A stretch of DNA of 24,000 nt, from the NCBI GenBank assembly GCA_021129555.1, contig JAJOKZ010000011.1, positions 1 to 24,000 of the forward strand, given 5' to 3'. Origin of the DNA: Minisyncoccota bacterium. Its GTDB lineage: Bacteria > Patescibacteriota > Minisyncoccia > Minisyncoccales > PEYH01. The notes under the pieces are model-generated. The model did not search any database. It saw nothing but the letters and a program-made list of their open reading frames with translations, and had not been told where the DNA came from. Both the position numbers and the translations under genes were made by a program. Shown here in pieces: positions 17,698-24,000 of this stretch (the first letter of the stretch is position 1; each line of letters opens with the position of its first letter).

Positions 17698-18135
17698 TTA
17701 TTTTAAAACTTTAACCGGCACCTTTTTTGCCTTTTTCTTCTTCTCTTCTTTCTTTGGAATCTCTATTTTCAAAACACCATTTTGATAAGTTGCCTGGGCC
17801 TTCTCTCCCAAAACCTCAACCGGCAGAGCAATCATTCTTTTCAAATACCCTCCCTTTATCTCTTTTCTGTAATAATTCTTTTTCTTCTCCTCAACCTTCT
17901 CCTCTTTCTTTGCCTCAACCCTTAAAACATTATCCTCAACTGAAACATCAATAGATTTTGGATCAACCCCGGGCATAGCAATCTCTGCTATTAACTTTTC
18001 CCCTTTTTCATAAATATCCATCTTCGGCTCCTCAATTAAAGAAATCTCAGGAAAAGAAAAAGCTTCAAATCTCTCAGCCCAGTCCTCAAAAAACTTTTCT
18101 ATATCTCTGAAAGGATTATAAGGAATTAAGGCCAT
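17698..18135 (-). CDS. Small heat-shock protein, Hsp20/alpha-crystallin family
   Basis: Alpha-crystallin domain (AEIAMPGVDPKSIDVSVEDNVLRVEA ... ATYQNGVLKIEIPK). It is followed by a lysine-rich tail. Confidence 0.9.
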   Translation of the reverse strand: MALIPYNPFRDIEKFFEDWAERFEAFSFPEISLIEEPKMDIYEKGEKLIAEIAMPGVDPKSIDVSVEDNVLRVEAKKEEKVEEKKKNYYRKEIKGGYLKRMIALPVEVLGEKAQATYQNGVLKIEIPKKEEKKKKAKKVPVKVLK

Positions 18136-18158
18136 AGTTAATGATTAATGATCAATAA

Positions 18159-18671
18159 TTATTGATTATTTTTTCGACCTTTAAAAGAAATTTTTACTTT
18201 CACAGGACGAACAACCTTCCCTTTAAATTTATAGCCTTTTTCCAAAACTTGGGCAACAGAATTTTGGGGAAGATCATTTCTCTCAATTTTACCTATCGCC
18301 TCATGAATTTCTGAATTAAATTCTTGACCAACTTCTGTCTCAATCTCCTCTAATCCCTCAGCTTTTAAAATTTCTCTCAATTGATTTCGAATCTGCAAAA
18401 ATCCCTGAATTACCTGATTTCCCTTCAAATCTTGGGAAATTACCTCTTCTGCTCTTTTAAAACTATCCAATACCGGCAAAAGTTTTACCACCAATTTCTG
18501 ATTTGCAACCTCCAAAAATTCTTTTAATCTTCCCTTTTCCTCTTTTAAATAATTTAAATAATCTGCCCTTGCTCTCTGCCAGCCCGCTAAATATTGCTCT
18601 TTTTCTTTTTTGAGTTTTTCAATTTCTTTTTTGAGTTTTTCAATTTCTGAATTTTCTTTTTTCTCTTTCAT
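18159..18671 (-). CDS. grpE: Nucleotide exchange factor GrpE
   Basis: An N-terminal coiled coil, the RARADYLNY motif, a C-terminal beta domain, and position between hrcA and dnaK. Confidence 0.9.
   Translation of the reverse strand: MKEKKENSEIEKLKKEIEKLKKEKEQYLAGWQRARADYLNYLKEEKGRLKEFLEVANQKLVVKLLPVLDSFKRAEEVISQDLKGNQVIQGFLQIRNQLREILKAEGLEEIETEVGQEFNSEIHEAIGKIERNDLPQNSVAQVLEKGYKFKGKVVRPVKVKISFKGRKNNQ
18606..18647 (-). repeat. Perfect in-frame 21-bp tandem duplication inside grpE (EIEKLKK x2)
   Basis: The units at 18606-18626 and 18627-18647 are identical: TTTTTTGAGTTTTTCAATTTC. Confidence 0.85.
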
Positions 18672-19390
18672 GTTTTTTTCAAAAACTCAAATAGAGTATA
18701 AATTGCCCGAAGACTTTTTTTATAAGGCATCCTCTTTGGTCCCAAAAAAACAAGGCAGGATCCTTTTTTTGTTTTTGGAATTCTTATGCGAGAAATAATC
18801 ATACCAAACTCCTCACATTTCAAAATTGGATTTTCTTTTCCCACAAAAACTTTAAAAGATCCAGGAGGTTCTCTTAAAAAAATATCTTCTATTTTTTTCT
18901 CAGTTTCCTCTACAAATTTTATAAATTTTTTTAAACAATTTCTATCTGCAAATTCTGGCTCAAGAAGTATATTTCTCCATCCCTCCTCCCATAAAAGATC
19001 TTTCTCTGCAAGATAATTCAAAACCAAACTTGAAGAAAACTCATTTAAAATTCGGGCGAGGTTTTGAGAAAAGTTCAGTAGATTACTTATATCTTTTTTT
19101 ATTTCCTCTAACTCTTCAAAAAGATCTTTGCAAGGTTTCAAATTTTTAACAAATTCTTCTACAAACAAAAGGTACCCCTTATCTGTGGGCACCCCCCCAG
19201 AAGAACTATAGAGGCGAAAAAGCAATCCTTTTTTTGCAAGTTTTACCATCTCGTTTCTAATGGTAGCTGAACTCACATTAAAGTTGTATTTCTGACTCAA
19301 TTTCAAAGAGCTTACCGGCTGAGTAGTTTTTATATATTCTTCAATTGTTAAAAATAAAATTTTTTTTTGGCGAGGAGTAATTTCTACCAT
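18668..19390 (-). CDS. hrcA: Heat-inducible transcription repressor HrcA (short, 240 aa)
   Basis: N-terminal wHTH: LTPRQKKIL..IEEYIKTTQPVSS..L......VSSATIRNEM..L.KKGLL ... PTDKGY. It has an ATGA overlap with grpE and a CIRCE element upstream. Confidence 0.88.
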   Translation of the reverse strand: MVEITPRQKKILFLTIEEYIKTTQPVSSLKLSQKYNFNVSSATIRNEMVKLAKKGLLFRLYSSSGGVPTDKGYLLFVEEFVKNLKPCKDLFEELEEIKKDISNLLNFSQNLARILNEFSSSLVLNYLAEKDLLWEEGWRNILLEPEFADRNCLKKFIKFVEETEKKIEDIFLREPPGSFKVFVGKENPILKCEEFGMIISRIRIPKTKKGSCLVFLGPKRMPYKKSLRAIYTLFEFLKKT

Positions 19391-19397
19391 TGTTTTT

Positions 19398-19425
19398 ATT
19401 ATAATTATTCTAAATTAGCAGTCAA
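19398..19425 (-). promoter_or_regulatory. hrcA operon promoter: TTGACT-16 nt-TATAAT, 7 nt upstream of the ATG
   Basis: On the - strand, the -35 TTGACT (19425-19420) lies inside the proximal CIRCE arm. The perfect TATAAT (19403-19398) is followed by AAAAACA and then ATG 19390. No SD is present. Confidence 0.6.
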
Positions 19426-19441
19426 GACCTTTGACTGCTAA
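19415..19441. promoter_or_regulatory. CIRCE operator (HrcA binding site), variant TTAGCAGTC-N9-GACTGCTAA
   Basis: A perfect 9-bp inverted repeat with a 9-bp spacer. It matches the CIRCE consensus TTAGCACTC-N9-GAGTGCTAA except for one compensated position per arm. It lies 25 bp upstream of hrcA. Confidence 0.9.
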
Positions 19442-19502
19442 TATTGTCTGTTTGAAGTTTTTGTGGTAAAGTATAAAAGCCCTTTTACAGGAGGTGATAG
19501 GG

Positions 19503-20414
19503 GTGAGATATCTTTTAGTCATAAATCCTGACGCTCAACTTGGAATATCAAGACGGACACAAAAACGCCTTATTCAACTTGCAGAGAAGTTTTTGGGTGA
19601 GGGAGAGGTTTTTATTGTTGGTAAAAACAAAAAAGGCTGGAAAAGTACAGGTTTTGAAACAATCATCTTCTGTGGAGGCGATGGAACTCTAAGTCGAGGA
19701 ATTCAGCAGATTTATCCAGAACAAGTAAAAGTTGGCATTGTGCCTTTGGGAAGTGGTCGTGATTTTGCTTCCTCTCTTGGTATTTCAAAAAATCCAAAAA
19801 TAGCGCTCTCTATTATTGCCAAAGGAAAAACAAAATGGGTGGATCTTGGCAGAGTTAACGATTATTTTTTTGTAAACACTGTAAGTTTTGGTTTTGATGC
19901 GTTTATCAATCAACTTCAAGAAACAAAAACCCGCCCTAAAATGAAATGGATGAAATGGCTAAAACAGCAACTCTTTTTACCATTAGACGCTAAATGGTGC
20001 TATCTTCTTGCTATTCTTTATTATCTTCTTGGTTGGGATAACTTTGAGCCACCTGAGATAAAAATAACAACCAAAGGCTTCGCTTTTTCTGGCAGAGTTT
20101 ACCTTCTAACCATCACAAATAGTTTTCGCTATGGAGGAGGTTTGAAAATTAATCCTGATGCAAAAGTTGATGATGGAGTGTTGGATGCATGTCTGCTTCC
20201 TCCCTTAAATAAGCTTGAATTTTTTGAAAAAATATACTCCACATATAAAGGCACCCATATATTTGATCCAAGAATAAAAACTTTTCAGTTTGAGAAAATG
20301 ATCATCCAATCGGAGAAACCTCTTGTTTGTCAGGCAGACGGGGAAACACTTACCCCAAGCAGACTTTTTGAAGTTGAAGTTGTAAAAAGGGGGCTGAAGG
20401 TTTTTGTTCCTTAG
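19503..20414 (+). CDS. Diacylglycerol/lipid kinase catalytic-domain protein (YegS/BmrU/DagK-like)
   Basis: The LLVINP start and the FCGGDGTLSRG (GGDGT) motif. I prefer the GTG start at 19503, 8 nt after AGGAGG (19489-19494). The ORF-track start 19494 would sit inside the SD. Confidence 0.8.
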   Translation: MRYLLVINPDAQLGISRRTQKRLIQLAEKFLGEGEVFIVGKNKKGWKSTGFETIIFCGGDGTLSRGIQQIYPEQVKVGIVPLGSGRDFASSLGISKNPKIALSIIAKGKTKWVDLGRVNDYFFVNTVSFGFDAFINQLQETKTRPKMKWMKWLKQQLFLPLDAKWCYLLAILYYLLGWDNFEPPEIKITTKGFAFSGRVYLLTITNSFRYGGGLKINPDAKVDDGVLDACLLPPLNKLEFFEKIYSTYKGTHIFDPRIKTFQFEKMIIQSEKPLVCQADGETLTPSRLFEVEVVKRGLKVFVP

Positions 20415-20451
20415 CCCGCCAAAAGCGTAACTTTTGGCGGGCTATTTTTTT
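20413..20451 (+). terminator. Strong rho-independent terminator after the lipid kinase gene
   Basis: A 13-bp perfect stem, AGCCCGCCAAAAG (20413-20425) with CTTTTGGCGGGCT (20431-20443), loop CGTAA, followed by ATTTTTTT. Confidence 0.85.
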
Positions 20452-20452
20452 G

Positions 20453-20461
20453 TGATAAAAT
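20453..20461 (+). promoter_or_regulatory. Putative extended -10 (TGaTAAAAT), 6 nt upstream of the glycosyltransferase ATG
   Basis: TG at 20453-20454 and TAAAAT at 20456-20461, then AAGATA, then ATG 20468. No SD is present. Confidence 0.35.
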
Positions 20462-20467
20462 AAGATA

Positions 20468-22033
20468 ATGCAAAGGAAGCAAGAAATTTTCTTTTTGATT
20501 CTTATTCTTTTGATTGCCTCCTTTTTTAGATTTTTCGATCTTGGAAAAATTCCCCCCGGTCTTCATCCGGATGAGGCAATAAATGGAAACGAGGCATATT
20601 TGTTTCCGGGAAAAATTTTCTATCCAGAAAACAATGGAAGGGAGGGATTATATATTAATTTAATTTTTCTCTCATTTAAAATTTTTGGACCAAGCACTTC
20701 TTCAATTAGAGCCGTCTCTGCCTTTTTTGGAATTTTAACAGTTCTTGGTCTATATCTTTTGGCAAAGGAGGTGTTTTATTATTCAAAAAAGAAAAATATA
20801 CTTGCTCTTCTTTGCTCATTTTTCTTGGCAATTTCTTTTTGGCATACAAATTTCTCAAGAATAGGATTTAGAGGAGTTCTTCTGCCTTTTATTTTAGTTT
20901 TCTTTCTTTATTTTCTTCTGCTTGGCATAAGACAAAAAACTACCTGGCTAATAATTTGCTCGGGTGTCTTTTTTGGTTTGGGTTTTCATACATATTCATC
21001 TTTTAGATTAGCCCCTCTCTTTTTGCTGGGAATTTTGATATATCTTTGGTTTCAGGAAAAATGGAGATTTAAAAAGTTTTTAATATTTGGTTTAAAGCTT
21101 CTTTTACCCGCCTTCCTTGTTGCTCTTCCTCTTGGAATTTACTTTCTTTTCAATCCCTCAGATTTTTTTGGAAGATTGGGCCCGATTTCAATTTTTGCCC
21201 AAGAAAATATTATATCTGCCTTTAGGAAAAGTTTATCTCAACACCTTTTAATGTTTAATCTCTTTGGTGATAAAAATTGGCGTCACAATATTTCTGGCTC
21301 TCCCCAACTTTTCTGGCCAATTGGAATTTTCTTTCTTGTGGGGCTGGCAATTTTTGTAAATAGGTTTCATCTCTATTTTGAGGAAAAAAAATTAAAAAAC
21401 GGTTTTTATTATTTTATTCCACTTTTGGGTTTCTTTGTCTTTTTGTTGGCCGGCGTTTTAACTTATCAAGGAATCCCTCATTCTTTGCGAACAATTGGAA
21501 CCATTCCCTTTGTCTATCTATTTTCGGGCTTTGGCTCAATTTGGACAGTTAATCTAATTAAAAAAATTACCTCAAAATATAAATTTGGACCTTTTCTTTT
21601 AAAAACTCTTATTGTTGTATTCTTTCTTTTTGTTGTGTTTAATCAGGCAAACAGATATTTTGTTTTATTTGCAAAAAATAAAAATGTAGAAGGTGCTTTT
21701 TGTAAAAATTTTGTTGAGATGGGTAAATATTTAGCAACTTTACCAGAGAATATAAAAAAATATGTTGTTGTCAACGAAGAAGGGGTTCCTGTTTCTTGGA
21801 TAAATCAAATTCCAATGCCTGCCCAGACATTAATTTTTCAAGAAATTGTCACATACAGAAAAATTAAAAGCCTCTACATAAAACCAGAAGGTCTTGATAA
21901 AATAAAATTAGAAAAAAATTCTTTGGTGCTTTTGATGAGGGAAGATGAAAAACTCTTAGAAAAATTGAAAGAAAAATATCCTGAGGGCAAAATTAAGAAA
22001 GATTACCCAATAATTGTTTTTGAACTCTTATAA
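20468..22033 (+). CDS. Polytopic glycosyltransferase, GT39/GT83 ArnT/PMT-like (lipid-linked sugar donor)
   Basis: Around 11-13 hydrophobic helices, the first-loop acidic motif GLHPDEAINGNEAY typical of the ArnT/PMT_2 family, and a soluble C-terminal domain. Confidence 0.75.
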   Translation: MQRKQEIFFLILILLIASFFRFFDLGKIPPGLHPDEAINGNEAYLFPGKIFYPENNGREGLYINLIFLSFKIFGPSTSSIRAVSAFFGILTVLGLYLLAKEVFYYSKKKNILALLCSFFLAISFWHTNFSRIGFRGVLLPFILVFFLYFLLLGIRQKTTWLIICSGVFFGLGFHTYSSFRLAPLFLLGILIYLWFQEKWRFKKFLIFGLKLLLPAFLVALPLGIYFLFNPSDFFGRLGPISIFAQENIISAFRKSLSQHLLMFNLFGDKNWRHNISGSPQLFWPIGIFFLVGLAIFVNRFHLYFEEKKLKNGFYYFIPLLGFFVFLLAGVLTYQGIPHSLRTIGTIPFVYLFSGFGSIWTVNLIKKITSKYKFGPFLLKTLIVVFFLFVVFNQANRYFVLFAKNKNVEGAFCKNFVEMGKYLATLPENIKKYVVVNEEGVPVSWINQIPMPAQTLIFQEIVTYRKIKSLYIKPEGLDKIKLEKNSLVLLMREDEKLLEKLKEKYPEGKIKKDYPIIVFELL

Positions 22034-22146
22034 TTAAATTCCTAAGACAATTGAAAAATATTCTCTTTTGATAATTTATCTTTTAAAGATAAAAGGGCTT
22101 AAAAATTGTCGCATAAAGGAGTGTTTAATTCAAAGCTGAAAACTCA

Positions 22147-22184
22147 GTCCGACCTAGCCCCTTTTTAACTGACAGAGGTCGGAC
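22147..22184. other. Hairpin (9-bp perfect stem, 20-nt loop) in the convergent intergenic region; possible bidirectional terminator
   Basis: GTCCGACCT (22147-22155) pairs with AGGTCGGAC (22176-22184). T-rich tracts follow on both strands: CTCCGCCATTTTT on + and TGAGTTTTCAGCTTT on -. Confidence 0.35.
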
Positions 22185-22206
22185 CTCCGCCATTTTTGGG
22201 ATGGGG

Positions 22207-22995
22207 TTAGGTTTCTTTGAATTTATAAAAAATCTTGTCAAAGCGGAGGTCTATATATTCAAGTTTGTTTAGGTTTTCTTTTTTAATTTCTCTTTTTATA
22301 AGTAAAATTAAATCTTCTGTCTGATCTTCAAAATTCTTCTTTTTGCTAAAATAAATACTTATATTGTTTTTTGTTTGAAATTTAATTTCAAAACGACTCA
22401 AAAAAACCTCTTTTATTTCTATATCCAACTCCTTTTTTAAGACCTCAATTATATTTAATATTTGAACTAAATTTGTTTTCTCAATAACCTCCTTCCCTAA
22501 TCTAACTGCCTTTGGCTCTTTTGCTCTAAAAATAACTAAATCTTTTGATTCTGTTGGATAAAAAACAATCCCCTCTTTATCAATAAAAAAGCAGGCGCTT
22601 TCGCAAAAAATACCTGCGGGCTTTCTCTCTTCAGTTTGAATTATCAATTTATGAGGAAGATTTCTTTTAATTCTCACCTCTCTTATAGGAGGAAAACTTT
22701 CTACAAGAAAGTTTGAAAGATTTCTCTTTGAAAAACCAAAGATGTTCTTCCTTCCGAAAAATATCACATTTCTCTCCACATAATCTCTTATCTCATCCTT
22801 TGAGAGAAATTGCAAATTTCCTTCTATTTGGATTTGATGAATTAAAAAAACAGGCGAGAGAAAAAAAAGATAAAAAAAACCACCCATAATTAAAAAAACA
22901 AAAAATCCCAATAAAAAAAATTTGTTTTGAATAATCCTTTTAAAAATTGACTTTCTCTTTTTTATTTTTTTATATCTTTTATAATGCCTTGCCAT
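22207..22995 (-). CDS. ftsQ: Cell division protein FtsQ/DivIB (POTRA domain)
   Basis: A basic N-terminus, a single TM, and a POTRA-like IHQIQIEGNLQFLSKDEI motif. I prefer ATG 22995 over the TTG at 23001 that opens the ORF-track entry. Confidence 0.8.
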   Translation of the reverse strand: MARHYKRYKKIKKRKSIFKRIIQNKFFLLGFFVFLIMGGFFYLFFLSPVFLIHQIQIEGNLQFLSKDEIRDYVERNVIFFGRKNIFGFSKRNLSNFLVESFPPIREVRIKRNLPHKLIIQTEERKPAGIFCESACFFIDKEGIVFYPTESKDLVIFRAKEPKAVRLGKEVIEKTNLVQILNIIEVLKKELDIEIKEVFLSRFEIKFQTKNNISIYFSKKKNFEDQTEDLILLIKREIKKENLNKLEYIDLRFDKIFYKFKET

Positions 22996-22997
22996 AA

Positions 22998-23999
22998 TCA
23001 ATAATACCCTCTTTTGATTTTTCTTAAAGTTTCAACAAGATAATTTATTATGTATTTTGAAGATAAAACATAATCCTTTGTCTTTACATATTCCTCCTTT
23101 CTTCCCCCAAAACCCTTTTTAAACAAAGTTAAACCTCTCCAGGGATGATTCGGCCTGTTCTCTGGTGCAATTCCCCAAAAGCTATAAAAACTGCTTCCTC
23201 TTTTTTTTGCCTCTTTTATTGCCTCCCACTGAATTAAATAACTTGCAGGAATTTTTGAATATTTTCGCAAAGAGGCGCCGTGATGATAAAAAGCACCATT
23301 CTGCCAATATACAATTACAGCGCCAGAAATTATCTCCTTTTTGTATTTTCCCAAAAAAATCAAAATTTGATTGTCCTCTCTGAAAACTTCCAGCTGAGTC
23401 TTTAAATAATTAAAAGAAAAAGGCACAAATTTGTGTCTTTTGACAGTCTCCTGATAAAGATTGTAAAACTTTTCTAAATCTTCAAAACTTTGGCTTTTTA
23501 CAACCTCAAGATCTTTATTTTTTTGTGCCTGGCGAATTAAATATCTTGTTGTCTTTCGCATTCCATACAAAAGCTCTTTTTCTGATTTATCTAAATCCAA
23601 AATCCAGCTAACTTCTGGATGAATATGAATTGGCGCATCTCTAAACCCCAGTTTTTTAAAAACCTCTTCGTTTTCCTCTGTCCTCTCCCAGATCGGACAC
23701 ACCCTTATAAAACTTGCCTTCTCTTCTTTTGCTATTTGCTTTAATTTATCTAAAAAGATACTTAAAATTTTGAATTTTGAATTTTGAATTTTGAATTTTA
23801 TATTTGGTCCATGCTCAACCATCAAAAAAGTCCCTCTTTTTGCCTTTACTTTCACACTCAGACAGGCTGCCAGTAATTGATTATTCTCATAAACTCCCAA
23901 TCTCCAGATTTTCTGTCCCATTCTTTTTGAAAACTCTCCCCAATTCCAAGATTGAAGAAAGGTTTTTGGACAGCACCCCTCCAAAAATTTTTCCCACAA
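22998..23999 (-). CDS. FemAB-family peptidoglycan interpeptide-bridge aminoacyltransferase (5' end outside the window)
   Basis: TFLQSWNWGEF near the N-terminus and the paired GNAT-like architecture with YYHHGAS / WGIAP motifs typical of FemX/FemAB. The frame stays open to the window edge. Confidence 0.8.
   Translation of the reverse strand: MWEKFLEGCCPKTFLQSWNWGEFSKRMGQKIWRLGVYENNQLLAACLSVKVKAKRGTFLMVEHGPNIKFKIQNSKFKILSIFLDKLKQIAKEEKASFIRVCPIWERTEENEEVFKKLGFRDAPIHIHPEVSWILDLDKSEKELLYGMRKTTRYLIRQAQKNKDLEVVKSQSFEDLEKFYNLYQETVKRHKFVPFSFNYLKTQLEVFREDNQILIFLGKYKKEIISGAVIVYWQNGAFYHHGASLRKYSKIPASYLIQWEAIKEAKKRGSSFYSFWGIAPENRPNHPWRGLTLFKKGFGGRKEEYVKTKDYVLSSKYIINYLVETLRKIKRGYY
23766..23799. repeat. 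Heptamer microsatellite AATTTTG x4.9 inside the fem coding sequence (TTCAAAA on the coding strand)
   Basis: Four perfect units at 23766-23793 plus a 6/7 partial unit. They encode KFKIQNSKFKI. Confidence 0.85.
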
Positions 24000-24000
24000 A

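Noticed and set aside
22861-22890. A9 and A8 homopolymer tracts in the ftsQ 5' coding region as phase-variation switches.
   Set aside because: Poly-A runs encoding Lys/Phe-rich segments are common throughout this AT-rich window, so there is nothing locus-specific here.
1-24000. An alternative genetic code (UGA recoding, as in some CPR lineages).
   Set aside because: TGA terminates murD, murG, gltX and the fem gene at positions that give normal-length proteins with immediately overlapping downstream starts. No conserved gene needs read-through of TGA.

Overview
The window is an AT-rich, tightly packed bacterial chromosome segment. Many stop/start junctions overlap (ATGA type). The genetic code is standard: TGA ends murD, murG, gltX and the Fem-family gene. 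Gene content and style fit a reduced-genome, Patescibacteria/CPR-like organism; this is inference, since no rRNA is in the window. Most of the window is housekeeping. On the + strand lie murD-ftsW-murG-gltX, a small secreted ORF, and a XerC/D-like recombinase. On the - strand lie uppS-idi, flanked by rpmA (+) and rplI (-). Further on the - strand are an S41 C-terminal protease, a flippase-like membrane protein, and an archaeal/eukaryotic-type MiaB-like (e-MtaB) methylthiotransferase. A tRNA-Lys(UUU) follows, then a heat-shock operon hrcA-grpE-hsp20-dnaK-dnaJ with a CIRCE operator. After that come a DAGK-like lipid kinase and a GT39/ArnT-like glycosyltransferase (+). The window ends with femAB-family (partial) and ftsQ (-). 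I see no clear mobile element, CRISPR array or known defence system. The best candidate for something undescribed is the self-contained two-gene module at the left edge (bases 1-1698). It holds a Cas4-like Fe-S PD-(D/E)XK nuclease and a 152-aa orphan. It has its own TTGACA promoter, 26-bp direct repeats, identical strong SD sequences and a terminator, and it is visibly more GC-rich than its neighbours. Other points worth a second look:
- Canonical Shine-Dalgarno sites are almost absent, with leaderless-looking promoters at operon heads.
- The 14.13-14.56 kb intergenic region around tRNA-Lys is crowded with repeats: twin perfect palindromes, a duplicated TTGACA 15-mer and heptamer microsatellites.
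- The same heptamer family occurs inside the fem coding region.
- A sigma-70 region-2-like remnant lies after mtaB.
- A long composite hairpin sits between hsp20 and dnaK.
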